Positions 1 through 12,518 are shown, counted from the stretch's first letter. The stretch: DNA of 64,000 bases from Selaginella moellendorffii (GCF_000143415.4 NW_003314268.1:1-64000); one strand, 5' to 3'. Numbers and translations are program-made. The notes: generated by a model not told the origin, from the sequence alone.

Positions 1-151
1 GCTCCGCCCAAGTAGCTAGGTCTCTGTCGATATAAAAAGCGTAGATTTGCTCACTTGTTTGTAGAGCTCCATTTTAGTTTATAGTGCTCCCCTCAAGTTC
101 ACAATCCACCTGTGGCACGCTGTTTCATCTTCACCATTCACCTCGGATTTC

Positions 152-1291
152 ATGGCTGCGTTTGCTCCTGGTGAGGAGCTCGTCCTCTATGCTACTATCC
201 CCCTCGCTCTCAATGCGGTGGTGAAGCTGGGAGCCTTCGACGAGATAGCAGATTCGGTCCTCTCTGCTTCTGAGATTGTTTCCCGGATTACAAACAACCC
301 ATCTGCGAATGTTGCATTTCTGGACAGAACTCTCCGAGTTCTGGCAACTTACGGGGTTGTGAACGAGACCGTTGTGCAGGGGCAGCGCAAGTATGGGCTC
401 TCCGAGATAGGCAAGCGTTTTTCTCCAGGAACGAAATTGGCAGCGCGTGGTTTGAGTGTCATGTGCAATCACCGGATCTTCCTCAAGCCTTTCGAGCATC
501 TTGCCGAAGGCATTCTTGATGGTGGCGAGCCATTCCGCAAAGCCCACGGCAAAACCGCATACGAGCTTGTGGCTGAGGAGCCGGAATTCAACAACAGCTT
601 CAACCTCTGCATGGCCGATCATTCCAAGAGGTCCAGTGCTGTGCTGCTGGATTGCTACAAGGGATTTGCAAGCACCAAAACTCTGGTCGATGTTGGTGGC
701 GGCAATGGAGCATTGCTGTGTGACATTCGAACTCGCTATCCGCATATCAAAGGCATAAATTTCGATCAGCCCCATGTTGTTTCTCAGGGAATTGCATCTG
801 AAGGTATCCTCTCACAGATTTTTCATGCTCGATCATTCAAGCACTCTTTGTTTACTTCTTCCAGGAGTGGAGCATGCTGGTGGCGACATGTTCGGATCAA
901 TTCCCCAAGGAGATTCAATCATGTTGAAGGTAAAGGATCCAGAGTCAAATTCTCCTTGCCAATCTGGTGTTTCATTCCTTTCTAGTGGATTCTCCACAAC
1001 TGGAACGACGAACAGTGCCTGAAGATCCTGCAAAACTGCTACAAATCCCTTCCTGCTCAGGGAGGGAAAGTCATTGTCGTGGAAGTTTTACTACCTTCTG
1101 AAGCTTATCAAGCTGCCAGTGAGTTTGAGCTGCGAATTGGACTGCTCCTAGATCTTGTCATGATGGTTAATTTCAACGGCAAGGAGCGGACCTTTGAAGA
1201 GTACCAGGCGCTCACCGAACAAGCTGGTTTCAACAAAGTGCATCTTGTCAACGTCTCCAATGGACTAGCAATTCTGGAGTTTCACAAGTAG
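152..1291 (+). CDS. Class II plant O-methyltransferase (COMT-like); exons 152-803, 865-929, 986-1291
   Basis: Dimerisation-domain N-terminus, SAM-binding LVDVGGGNG, GINFDQPHV, GVEHAGGDMF, WILHNW and GKERT motifs. GT-AG introns 804-864 and 930-985 join the three ORF pieces in frame. Confidence 0.93.
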
Positions 1292-2239
1292 CCACTCTTG
1301 GCTGTCACCGTAACACAATGAAATTGTTTTTAAATTTTGATGTTGAATCATTCATTCATTTATATATGCCCACCATGAAACATGAAATCAAAAGATTTAG
1401 AAATGCTATTTTGAAGAAGATTGCCAATGTAGTCCATGTCTTCCCAAATCCATATAGAAGACAAGAGGCACGTTCAAGCACCATTAAATTTAAGCTGTGT
1501 TTAAGCTCAATGTCAATTTCCTAGTGGGAGAATATACTTTAGGATGGTTTTGCTCTGCTCAACAATTTATGTGCTAGTCAGTACTGGAAAGTAGCATTCA
1601 TTCATATTCTATTTACATGGCCTCATGGCACCCCCGAAGAAGCCCAAGGGATTTAAATAAGCTGCATAAATGATTGTCTTCATAGTAGATGTTTTTTGTT
1701 GTCTCCAGCTAGAGTCACCCACTTAGTCTCTTATGCTTTCAGCTTGTGATTCATTGTTGCCCTTAGGGTAATGGTTCATGTAGTGGTCACAAGTGTATAC
1801 ATCATGTCTATTACAAGGGCTTGGGCTTCTATCTCCAATAAAATTCACACAATTGCATTGCCCATTTTGTATTGCCAAGGATGATATGAAGGATTTAGTC
1901 TTGGACTCAATCATAAATTTGTTCTAAGACTCATTATTAGACTTGGTTTCATATAATCCAAAGTCTTTATGTGATTTTAAAATCCTAAGCCTCCTAAACC
2001 CTAAGTCTAAACCCAAGTGTTGAGACACAAATCCCTAAGTCCAAAGTGGAGCCGAAAGGGTGCCATATAGTAGTGGCTGAAGCAAAAGCCAAACGAACGT
2101 AACACATTTGGATTAAAAGCTCTAATTTGAAAAGTTGAGAGCAGGAGTGGAACTCCTAATGAAGTGTTCGAGGAACAAACACGAGGCAAGCAATAAGTAA
2201 GTCTCTAAAAAAGGGGATCGATACATGAATATGGAGTGT

Positions 2240-2370
2240 CTAAGATGGATTTGAGATGGAGTTTGAGATGGACACAAGATGGAGTTTGAGATGGACTCAA
2301 GATGGAATTCAAAATGGACCCGAGATAAAATCTGAGATGGACCTAAGATGGAGTCCGAGATGGACCCAAA
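2240..2370. repeat. Degenerate 11/12-bp minisatellite (GAGATGGAGTCC/GAGATGGACCC)
   Basis: About 11 visible units, same motif as 4825-5125. Confidence 0.85.
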
Positions 2371-4824
2371 CATATGAGGTCAAAAGGCAAATAGTATTGG
2401 GATGGAATTAAACCATAGAAATTGAAGGGCATAACTAACAGTGGTTATGTAAATTGGGAGTGGAGAATCAAAAGGGTGCTCGAGGATGTTGTTACTAGCA
2501 ACTGCGATGCGATGGAGAATCTAAAATGTGGAATTATCTATGTTAGACTATATGGTGAGTAAGGAGCTTGCAAAGAAGAAGCCTTAGCAAGCTTTCCTTG
2601 AAAATTCCCAAAGACAATTCTAGATGGATACCTAGAAAGCCAAGTGTAAATGGCTCCTAAAGCGCACGAAATTAGAGTGGCGCAGCAGAAGCGTGGTTTT
2701 GAAGTTGGCCATGAGGTGAGGCTATCAAGGTTGGGAAAGTAGTTCCCGAGTGTTCAAAGAGAGGGCTTTGAACAAAAGTCGATGGTTAAGGGCTTTCACG
2801 CTTATGCATGAACTATGTTACGATGGTCAGATGATTTGCTAAGTGAGATTGGCAAGTCGGGAGAACGAATACCCTAGTTGAAGGAGCCAACTTCAAAGGG
2901 GTGGCCAATAGGGCCAAGCATGGAGGAGTCCATGCATGATCACAAACTTGTCAAGTGAAAGGACTTGGCAGTGCGGAGGAATTAGGTTCTTAAGTTGTGA
3001 TCTGTAATGTGCTTTAAATGTATGATGGTGCACCGGTGTGGGGAGTCACGCCAGGCATCCTGTGTGATGCCGTCCATAAATGCATATACGGAGGTTGGGT
3101 TTGAGTCCCGACCCTCTAGTGCTTGGGTTCGAATCCCAACTCACTAGGGCGTGGTGATGGTTTGGAATATGAGGACACTCATATTTCGGTGGTCATGGAC
3201 TCTCAGTGGGGAGACTGGTTTGGGCACACCGCCAAGCGAGGGATGCCTCGAAGTCGTGATGCACGGTTAGATTGCTTAGTGTGAAAGCTTGGCATATCTA
3301 ACTTGAACACTTTGGTGCAAGTGGCACCAAGGACGTGGTGAATGAGATGGGGACACCCAGTCTTAGTTGCTATGGACCCTTAGCCAGAAGGGTTGGCTTG
3401 GGCGCATTGCCAAGTGTGGGGGATGCCCTCGGGGTCATGGTAAACAACTTAAAGGTTTAGAAGATGTAGTACCTATTGGCAAACCTGTTAAAGTGCTAAA
3501 TCACTAGGTGATTTTATGGCTAAAACAAGGACAAGGTCAAGGTTAAGGAATAAGGTTCCTAGTTCAAAAGCGTTGATTTGAACTATTGATGATAATGTGG
3601 CTTGGGCAAGAAGACTAAGTGGGAAGAACACTTCAAGGAAACGAGCTATGTCAAAGCGATGGCATAGTGAGTCTGAAGAAAGTAGTCTCTATAAGGGACC
3701 CATGGGAAAGTCTCAAAGTTGGGCCGTGAATAGAACCCACAATAGAAAATGTTAAAGAGACGTACTAAGGGTGAACACCCTCTAGACTTGGCAAAGCAAA
3801 GTTTTTACTATGGAACTGAAAGGATACCTCAAGATTGGAGGTTGCGATCTTATGTTGCTAGGTGCAACCATCAAGGATAGGAGCAAAAGACTAGTGGCTA
3901 AGAAAAACCCATGGGAATCATGGGAAATAATCCAAATGGCAAAGTTAGGCCGAGAACACTAATGTGTTAGGTGCTAACAGATTGTGGGAAAGGCAATGTT
4001 TTCTCAAGGATGGATTCTCAACTGCTCCAATTTGGTGAAAGTGGAAGCTCCAATGGAGGAGCGGTAAGGTAGCCAAATAATAGGGCTGTGGGCAGCCCTA
4101 ACACAAATTATGATAATTGGAATTTAGTGCCAAAGATGGCACGATATTGAAGAAAGGATGATTGTGCCCTCAAGTAAAGAACTTCCTAGGATGGGGAAGT
4201 GGAGTTGCTCCATGTGCAACGTAAAGTGTCAGAGACACCTAGAAAATTGATTTGGAGAAGTCAAAATTAAAAGTTCCAAAGTGCAAATGTTATGTTGATG
4301 GAATCTAAGACTACTCAAGAATGAGTAGTGGAATTGAGTTAGAGAAGGTGTCTCTAACGGGTTTAGCGAGAACTGAACCAATAAAAAGGAGTGAACCACC
4401 CCAAGTGGCCGAATAAGTTTCTATGTTAGAGAGATTATGCTCCTTAGAGGATGGACAAGGCATGGTGAGCCTTCAGTGTCAAACCATAGACAAATATTAG
4501 TTGGGTGCCAAGGATGGAAATGGTAATACATGCGGGTGTTACTTTATAAAAGGGGTTACCATTCGATGAGGACATCAAACTTCGTCTATGGGTGGTGGAG
4601 TTGTGAGACACAAATCCCTAAGTCCCCAAAGTGGAGCCAAAAGGGTGCCACGTGGAAGTGGCCGAAGCAAAGGCCAAACAAGTGTAACACGTGTGGACCA
4701 AAAAACTTCAACTTGAAAAGTCGAGGGTGGGAGTGGAACTCCCAACAAAGTGCTTGAGGAATGAGCACAAAGCGAGCAATAAGCGAGGCTCTAAAAGGGA
4801 CCAAAAAGGACCAACACATGAAGA

Positions 4825-5125
4825 GTCCGAGATGGACCTAAGATGGAGTCCGAGATGAACCTGAGATGGAGTCCGAGATGGACCTGAAATGGAGTCTGAG
4901 ATGGACCCGAGATAGAGTCCGAGATGGAGTCTGAGATGGACCCGAGATGGAGTCCGAGATGGACCCAAGATGGAGTCCAAGATGGAGTCCGAGATGGACC
5001 CGAGATGGAGTCCGAGATGGAGTCCGAGATGGACCTGAAATGGAGTCTGAGATGGACCCGAGATAGAGTCCGAGATGGAGTCTGAGATGGACCCGAGATG
5101 GAGTCCGAGATGGAGTCCAAAATGG
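4825..5125. repeat. 11/12-bp minisatellite array (GAGATGGAGTCC / GAGATGGACCC), about 25 units
   Basis: Directly visible. A higher-order block beginning GACCTGAAATGGAGTCTGAG recurs at 4881 and 5032. Confidence 0.95.
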
Positions 5126-5159
5126 AGACTTGATAGAAATTTGAACATCAAGAAAAGGT

Positions 5160-6500
5160 GTGTTGCAGCGATGCTTCGATGAGATGCGATCCAACAACAT
5201 GGTACCCAACATGTTCCTGTGTAGCATCTTGATCGACGGGCTGTGCAAGGCCAAGCGATCGATTGACGTGCTGCGGTGCTTCCGCACGATGCAAGGCGCC
5301 GGGATCGTGGCGGACACGGTGATCTACACTGTGCTACTCTCGGGGCTGTGGAAGGAGAAACGGCTGGATCAAGCGCTGGCGATCTTACACGAGATGCGCG
5401 ACCATGGATGCGAGCCAAACGTGGTGACTTACAACTCGCTCATTGATGGGCTGTGCAAGAACAACGAGCCCGATCGCGCGCAGGAGCTCTTCGAGCACAT
5501 GAAGAGCGTGGAGTGCTCGCCATTGGTGACTTACAACACGCTGCTAGATGGGCTCTTCTGGACTGGCAAGCTCGAGAGCGCCATGGTGCTCTTCCAGGAG
5601 ATGCTGGGCACGACGTGATCTCCTTCAACATCCTCGTCACTGGGCTGTGCCGCGCTGGGAAGATCGAGACCGCACTGGAGTTCTTCCGCAAGATGAACGT
5701 GATCACTTACAGCGTGCTCATCGATGGGCTGTGCAAGGCCAACCGGGTGAGCTAGGCGGTGGAGCTCCTGGAATCCATGAAAGCTCGCGGCTGCTCGCCG
5801 GACGTGATCACCTCAACGATCCTGGTGGATGGGCTTTGCAAGGAGAGCAAGGTGGCGGCGGCCTGGGAAGTTCTTTGTGAGATGCTCGACGCTGGATGCG
5901 TCCCCAACCTGGTGACTTCCAAGTCGCTGCTGCATGGGCTGTGCCGCGCAAGGCGAGTGAGCGATGCGCTGGCGCTCATGCGCGACATGACGTGCCGCGG
6001 CTGCACGCCCAACGTCGTGACATACGGTACGCTCATCGACGGGCTGTGCAAGGTGGGGCGAGTCAAGGACGTGTGCGCGATGCTGGCTGACATGATCGAC
6101 AAGGGCAGTACGTCGGTACAACATGCTCATCAACAGGCTTGCGAGGCGGACCAGGTGGACGAGAGCATCGCACGGTATCCGGCTGTATCAAGCCTGACGT
6201 GTCACATACAGCAGCGTCCTCTACGGGCTGGGCCGCTCCAACCGGCTGGACGAGGCGTGCCGCCTGCTGCTCTACATCAAGTCGCGTGGCTGCCCTACAG
6301 CACGCTCATCGACGGGCTTTGCAAGGCCGGCAATCTCTACGAGGTGATGACCGGCGATGGCTGTGATGCCGACGTCGTGACATACAGCACGCTCATCGAC
6401 GGGCTGTGCAAAGGTGGGAGAGTGGACGAGGCGCATTTGCTACTGGCCAGGATGGTCCGGATGGGAACGCCGTCATCGACCTTGACTTACAACTTACAGC
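5160..6500 (+). pseudogene. P-class PPR pseudogene, 5'-truncated
   Basis: Repeated (P)NVVTYxxLIDGLCK motifs are spread over several frames, with an in-frame TAG at 5753-5755 and many shortened motifs. No start region; it abuts the minisatellite repeat. Confidence 0.9.
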
Positions 6501-7319
6501 AGTGCCATGGGAGCGAAGATTATGGTTGCAATGTATTTTTGCACATTGATATACTTGCCAGGGACTTGTTTGCATTCTAAATTTCGTACTCCTTTTACTA
6601 AAATGTTCTCTGATGTGGAGTGGAGCAAAGCAGTATCACCGTCACTGAGGCCTGCTTCGAGTATGCAGCAAGCAGCATGTTCCGGAACGGATCCACGCCA
6701 CAAAACACCTCCTTCCCGATGCCTCCTCATGTCGTAGAATGCACTGCTTGTGACCAAGCAAACCTTCACCTGGATGCTCACGATGGGCTCTGAAAACCTT
6801 CTTGGCGTCTCGCGCGGGAGAGGAAGAACATTAACATTGGGCGTGTATCGGTTAAGTACATGGTTTGATAATAAAGTAATGCGAACATGGTTGCTAAGGA
6901 ATTGGTTATCAGGTTAGTGTAGAGGTGGACCGGAAGTAGAAGACTCGGGTTCGAGGCAGCCCAAGGGTCCAATCAACAAGGACTTTACTAAAAAGGTTTT
7001 TTCTCAATAAATACCACTATTTCTTGTTCGCTGGCTCACTAAAAAGCCCTAGACTATTTGGTAGAGGTGTCAAGCTTACAAAGCACAAGTCCAAGGTTCG
7101 AATCCTATAGTTTCTTTGGCTCCTGAGAATATGGAGTTCGTGTATCAAAAGAAACTAAAACGCGCCACATCAAATTCCCATGGACTCAAAGCCTTGTCTC
7201 CCGACATTGCGATTCCTCGTGTTACTTTGCGAAGAGGATGAAGGAGCCCTAAAGTGCCCTAAAGGAAGATCTTCGGAATTTTAGGGTTCTTCGACAAAGA
7301 TTCTTTTGGCGCTCGACGG

Positions 7320-10150
7320 ATGGATGCATTTCCTTCGACCCGCGCTCCACAGGTACTGCCACAGATTGGGACAATGCCGGGGTCACAGCACACAGCGGAG
7401 CTCCTTTCGGGGTTGAAATCCTGCGGGAGCTCCAAGGATTTAGAGAAGGGAAGGGTGCTCCACGATCGCGCCATCCAGAGCGGGGTTTGCTCCAATCTCT
7501 ACGTTTCTTGCAGCTTGATCGGCATGTATGGGAGGTGTGGCAGCCTGGTTGAGGCGAGGAGGGTGTTTGACAGGATGCCTTGCCACAATGTAGTGGCCTG
7601 GAACGCTTTCATCTTGGAACACGCAGAGAATGGCGAAGAATCTCGTGCTCTGGAAGCCTTCTCATGGATGGAAAGCCAGGGTTGCGCACCGGATTCCGGG
7701 ACATTCTTTGCAGCGATCAAGGCTTGCTCTGCTCTAGCGGTCAGAGAAGAAGCGAGACTCATCGGTGGGAAGATGATCAAGCTGGAAGCTCTGGAACAAG
7801 GCATGAGAATCCACTCTCGAGCTAAGAGAAGCGGCAAAGATGATCACGTAGCGAGCTCGCTGGTGGAAATGTACGCATACTGTGGAAGAATGGTGGAAGC
7901 ATGCATGGTTTTCTATAGAAGCTCCCGGCACAGTGTCATCTCGTGGACTGTTCTAGTGCTCGGGTACGTAGCAAACGGGGAGAGTGAGCTAGCACTCGAG
8001 GTTTTTGGCAGTATGGGAGCTGGAGAGATCAAGCCGGATGGTCGATGCTTTGGCGCAGCAGTGAAAGCTTGCTCCGATTTGGCTGGGAGAGAAAAGTGGG
8101 GAGAAGCTTTGGATGGAACGGCTGTAAAAGTTAGCGCTCTGGGAAAAGGGAGAGGAATCCATCGCCAAGCGAGACGAGTGCTGGATGTTTTCCTGGGAAA
8201 TGCTCTGGTGGATATGTTTGCGAAGTGTAGGAGCATGGCTGATGCCCGAGGAGTTTTCGACAGGATGCCTTCCCACAATGTGGTCTCGTGGAACACGCTA
8301 CTGGTGGGATACGTAGACAATGGAGAAGCAGAGCTGGCGCTGGAAAGCAGCGGATTCCTTGACGTTTGTCGCAGGTTTGAAGGCCTGCATTGGATTAGCA
8401 GCGAAAGAAGAAGCCACAAGCTTTGAAGGGAAGATGGTGAAAGTGGATTCTCTGGAGAAGGGGATGGCGATTCACATCCAGGCCGCGGAGAAAGGATACA
8501 AGAGGGACGACTTTTTGTCGAACACTCTCGTGGACATGTATGCCAAGTGTGGAAGCATGGTGGAGGCTGAGAGAGTTTTCAGGAGCATGCCTTGCCACAG
8601 CCTGGTGTCGTGGACGGTGCTCATGCTGGGATACGTGCTCGCCAAGATCACGTCCGTCTTAAAGTAGTTTCTCGAGTCTCCATGAAGAGCCAGTATTCTC
8701 TCCAAGCATTTCAGCTTGACCAGCTTTCCATCAACCTCCACGGCCACTTCCTTGGTCGCCAAGCCGAGACAGGCCTTCGACACAGCAACTAAAGCCATAG
8801 CATCTGGAACGAGGCCACTGTTTTTCATCTGAGAAAACAAATCCAAAGCTACCTCTGCTTGCGAGTTATCCACTTACGCGCGAAGTGGAAGCCTGATGGA
8901 TGCTCGAAGAGTTTTCGACCAGATGTGCTCGCACGACGTCATGTCGTGGACTTCGCTGGTTCTGGCCTGTGTCGATTGCGGAGAGGAAGACACGGCACTA
9001 GAGCTGTTCCAACGTATGATATGCGAGGGGCATGCGCTCACGTCTTCGAGCATTGTCACAGCAGCACTCAAGGCTTGCATCCGCGTCGCTGCAAGGGAAG
9101 AGGCCACTCAGGTGGATGGAAAGGCTGTCAAAGTTTCGTCACTGGAGAAAGGGATTGCTATCCATTGCCAGGCATCCAAACTCCTTCGACACTGGGACTT
9201 CGTTTTGGACAGCAGTTTGATGGAGATGTATGCCAAGTGTGGGAGTCTGGTGGACGCCCAGCGAGTTTTCGACAGCATGCCACACCGTGATGTAGTCTCG
9301 TGGACAGTGCTCATGTCGGGGTACGCGGAATGTGGTGATGGAAACAAAGTTTTGGAGCTCTTTGTGGGAATGAAACTGAAACTCGGTCAGGCCTGCTGTG
9401 CTCTAGATGCTCGAGTCTTCGTCCCCGTGCTCAAGGGAAGCTCTTCTGTGGGATCGCTGGAAGTCACTAAAGCCATTGTTGGGGAAGTATACAGATATGG
9501 AGCCGAGAAAGACATTGTGCTCTCCAACAGCATGGTGGACGTGTTTGGAAAAGCCGGAAGTATGAACGACGCACAGCAGACGTTTGACGCAGACTCGAGA
9601 TCTGATAGCATGGAACGCTCTCGCAGCTGGATACAGCCGCCAGGGCGACGCCGAGAAGGTCCTGGATGTCTTTCACCGGGCTGTGGACGACGAAGGAGTT
9701 GAGCCGGACAGTGTGACGCTGCTGTTTCCTCGCTGCGTGCAGCCACGCCGGCATGGTGACTAGAGGCAGGAAGTACTTCGACGCAATGCTCTCGAAGTAT
9801 GGAGTGAGTCCGAGGTGTGAGCACCGGGTGTGCGTGGTAGACATGCTCGGTCGGGCCAACCAGCTATGTGAGGCACTGGCAATGGTGACTGGCATGGGCT
9901 CGGAAGCGAGTGCGCTCACTTGGAGGACACTCCTGGCTGCTTACCGGACGTGGAGAGATGTGGAGACCGGAAAGGTGGCGTTCGAATCGCTCGTGAAGAT
10001 TGACGACAGAGACACAGCAGCGTACTCTCTCATGTCCAACCTGCTTGGGAGCGTCGGATTGTGGGAGGAGCAGTCACGGCTCCTGCGAAGTCAAGAGGAA
10101 CTCTTCGCCCAGCAGCAGGCAGAGGCATCCTACATCGACTGCGGAGGATT
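7320..10150 (+). pseudogene. PLS-class PPR gene with E-like C-terminus, disrupted by frameshifts and an internal inversion
   Basis: Recurrent LVDMYAKCGSxxxARRVFDxMPxxxVVSW triplets and a C-terminal CVVDMLGRA..WRTLLAA..AAYSLMSN E-like region. Frame changes near 8350, 9590 and 9720; 8635-8873 is inverted. No DYW domain seen. Confidence 0.9.
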
Positions 10151-12518
10151 GGTGAAAGAGCGAGGACGATGCCCGTGCTTGTTGCCGAGAAAACAAGCGT
10201 CGCTCCGACACCACCGCGCGTGCCGCCAATTGAAGGGACGCGAGCTCATCCGCGAGAAAGCACTTCCACTGGCAAGAGACACCATCCGGGACCTCCTCAA
10301 CCTTGTCCTTGACATGAATGAAGTAATCAAGCAGCGTTTCGTCACGAGATTTGCAAGGCATCGCTGCTCGATTGATGGACCAAGAGCTTGGAGGAATCTG
10401 GTCTCCAGTGCCATCCTCCTGGGCCAAGCTTTACCTTCTTGGCAGTGATGGTTTTTCCTTTCTTTATAACATTGTTCCTTTTCAGAGATGTTTTTGTGAT
10501 ACACCTTTATTATCCTATCCTCCACGGCGAATTTTGGAGCCTGATTATTGGAAGATCTGCTATAATATTACGAAAATATTTACCTTAATAGATATTTGCC
10601 ATTTTGGACTTATACACTTTGCATGTGCACCATTACATTGGCAACAGATCCAAAATGAGACTAAATTGACACCAACTCAATAAATAAGAAATCCTGTTAA
10701 AGTGCTGGCACAAGAATTCACAGGATAATAGCAAAACACGTATTTTTTATGAAATTGTTTTAAAACATATTTGCTACCTTGACTTGGATTCCTTGATTTG
10801 CATTAAGAACTTCAAGAGAAGTACAAGGTGTGATAATTTATCGTCGGAGTTCTGCATATATGGTAGAGCGCATGGAAGACATCCTCCACCTGGTGGGTGG
10901 CACAATTCTGGCACAAGCGTTGGCTCCTGAGAACCCACGGACGTTGATGCCGTCCAAGCAGCGTTGTCCGCACCTAGGGTGGGTATCCATGAAATTCCCG
11001 GAGTGGCTCTGTAAATGGTAGCCGCTATTTGCAGCCAGTGTTGGAGAGCTTGGTCTATCCAACGGATTTGATGATCGAGATCCAAGCCGAGCTGCTCGGT
11101 CCATTCCGTTTGTGGGAGAGGCTGATGGAATCCTGGATTGTCCGGTAAGCTAATTTGTCTAAGGTGCTTTAACGTATGCGATTGTTCGTTTCCATCCATG
11201 GGAAGGATGCCACTCTCGAGAATAAGGATGGGACCTGGAACTCATGCTGGATGAACTAGATGTTGAGATCTTGGCAGACCGGAGACGACAGGGGCTTATA
11301 GAATGCTCTTTTGGTCTTCTAATCTGTGATCCCGTGGCTGTGACTATCAGACTGAAGGGCATGTGTATGCCCTTGGTCCATGTCCCCCGGCAGTGCAGAA
11401 TGTATCGTAAAAACCGTAGCCTAAACCAATTCTCCTATACTGTAAAGTAGTTTTCTTTCTAATTGCATTTACCTTTTGCAAATCAATGCATTTTACAAAT
11501 ACTTTATATCGGTGGCTGGAAAGTTTAGTGCAATTAATACAAGTATCATGGTTACTAAATGATACAACTGTTATAGATGGTTCAAAAATAAAACAATATT
11601 GTTGGGATATATTTCATGTCTTTAAAAGATATTCTTTTTTTGAAAACTATATACACAAAAATGGTAATAAAAGTTAATGTTTAAAACATCTTATTTTAAT
11701 ATTTAATCTAATATTTTATATGATTGTAATACATATACCTCAACTCTTATAAGTGGAGCTGACATATCCTTTATAAATTTCATAACTTTGAAATAATGTT
11801 TTTAACTTAATTTTTATTATAAATAAATTAATAAAATAAGAAAAATAATATAGTATATTTAGAAAATATTTAACTCAAAAAATACAAACAATAAGTTTAT
11901 AAAAATTAATATATATTTATATACATATATATACAAAGTTTTGCAGCACCCTCCATAAAACATAAAACCAATGTGTTTAGGAGTGATATGGTTTAATTCT
12001 TGAAAAGTGTTCAAAATTAAAATCTCTTGGAAACTGATGCTTATTAATTTAAATGGATTCTTTCAATTGATAAAGAATTCAGTAATTTTAGAGACCACTT
12101 ATTAAATTTGTTAGATGTTCATTCTTTTTATATCTTTCTTTAATTTTCAACCTTCTTCCTCATTTGCAACTATTAAGTATATGAAATTATGTGGTGTTTG
12201 TAGTGTTTCATGCTTAAAAAACATGCAATAATAATAATTACTTCTTTCTCTCTTGATTTATTAATCTCATATTCGCAATATAAACATAATTTTATTACAA
12301 AATAGTTAAAGTGTAATTGTCAGAAATTAATTTTGAAATGCTCATTGCTGACTTCCTAAAATGGAAAAAACAAAAGGTAAAACAGCAATTCCGTTTGTGT
12401 TGGAACCCTAGGTGGACCTCTGGGTAGGGTTTGCAAATCCATGGCTGCGGGCACAGCGAGGAACCAGAGAATGCGAGAGCTGTGATCGATCGCCAGCCCT
12501 CGGCCGCCTCTTCCATCA

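Larger units (their letters stand above)
2018..5157 (+). mobile_element. Degenerate non-coding LTR-like element: related direct repeats starting at ~2018 and ~4602
   Basis: Both repeats begin TG(T)TGAGACACAAATCCCTAAGTCC and continue co-linearly into the GAGATGGA minisatellite. A purine tract (ATGGGTGGTGGAG) precedes the second copy. A third copy lies inverted at ~42330-43532. No gag/pol recognised. The second copy is cut off at the PPR fragment. Confidence 0.55.

Noticed and set aside
4825-5125. Regular short repeats resembling a CRISPR array, and the repetitive ORFs over them (ISDSIS.., TPSRTPS.., HLGLHL..)
   Set aside because: Head-to-tail minisatellite with no unique spacers in a eukaryotic context; the ORFs are by-products of a stop-free repeat.
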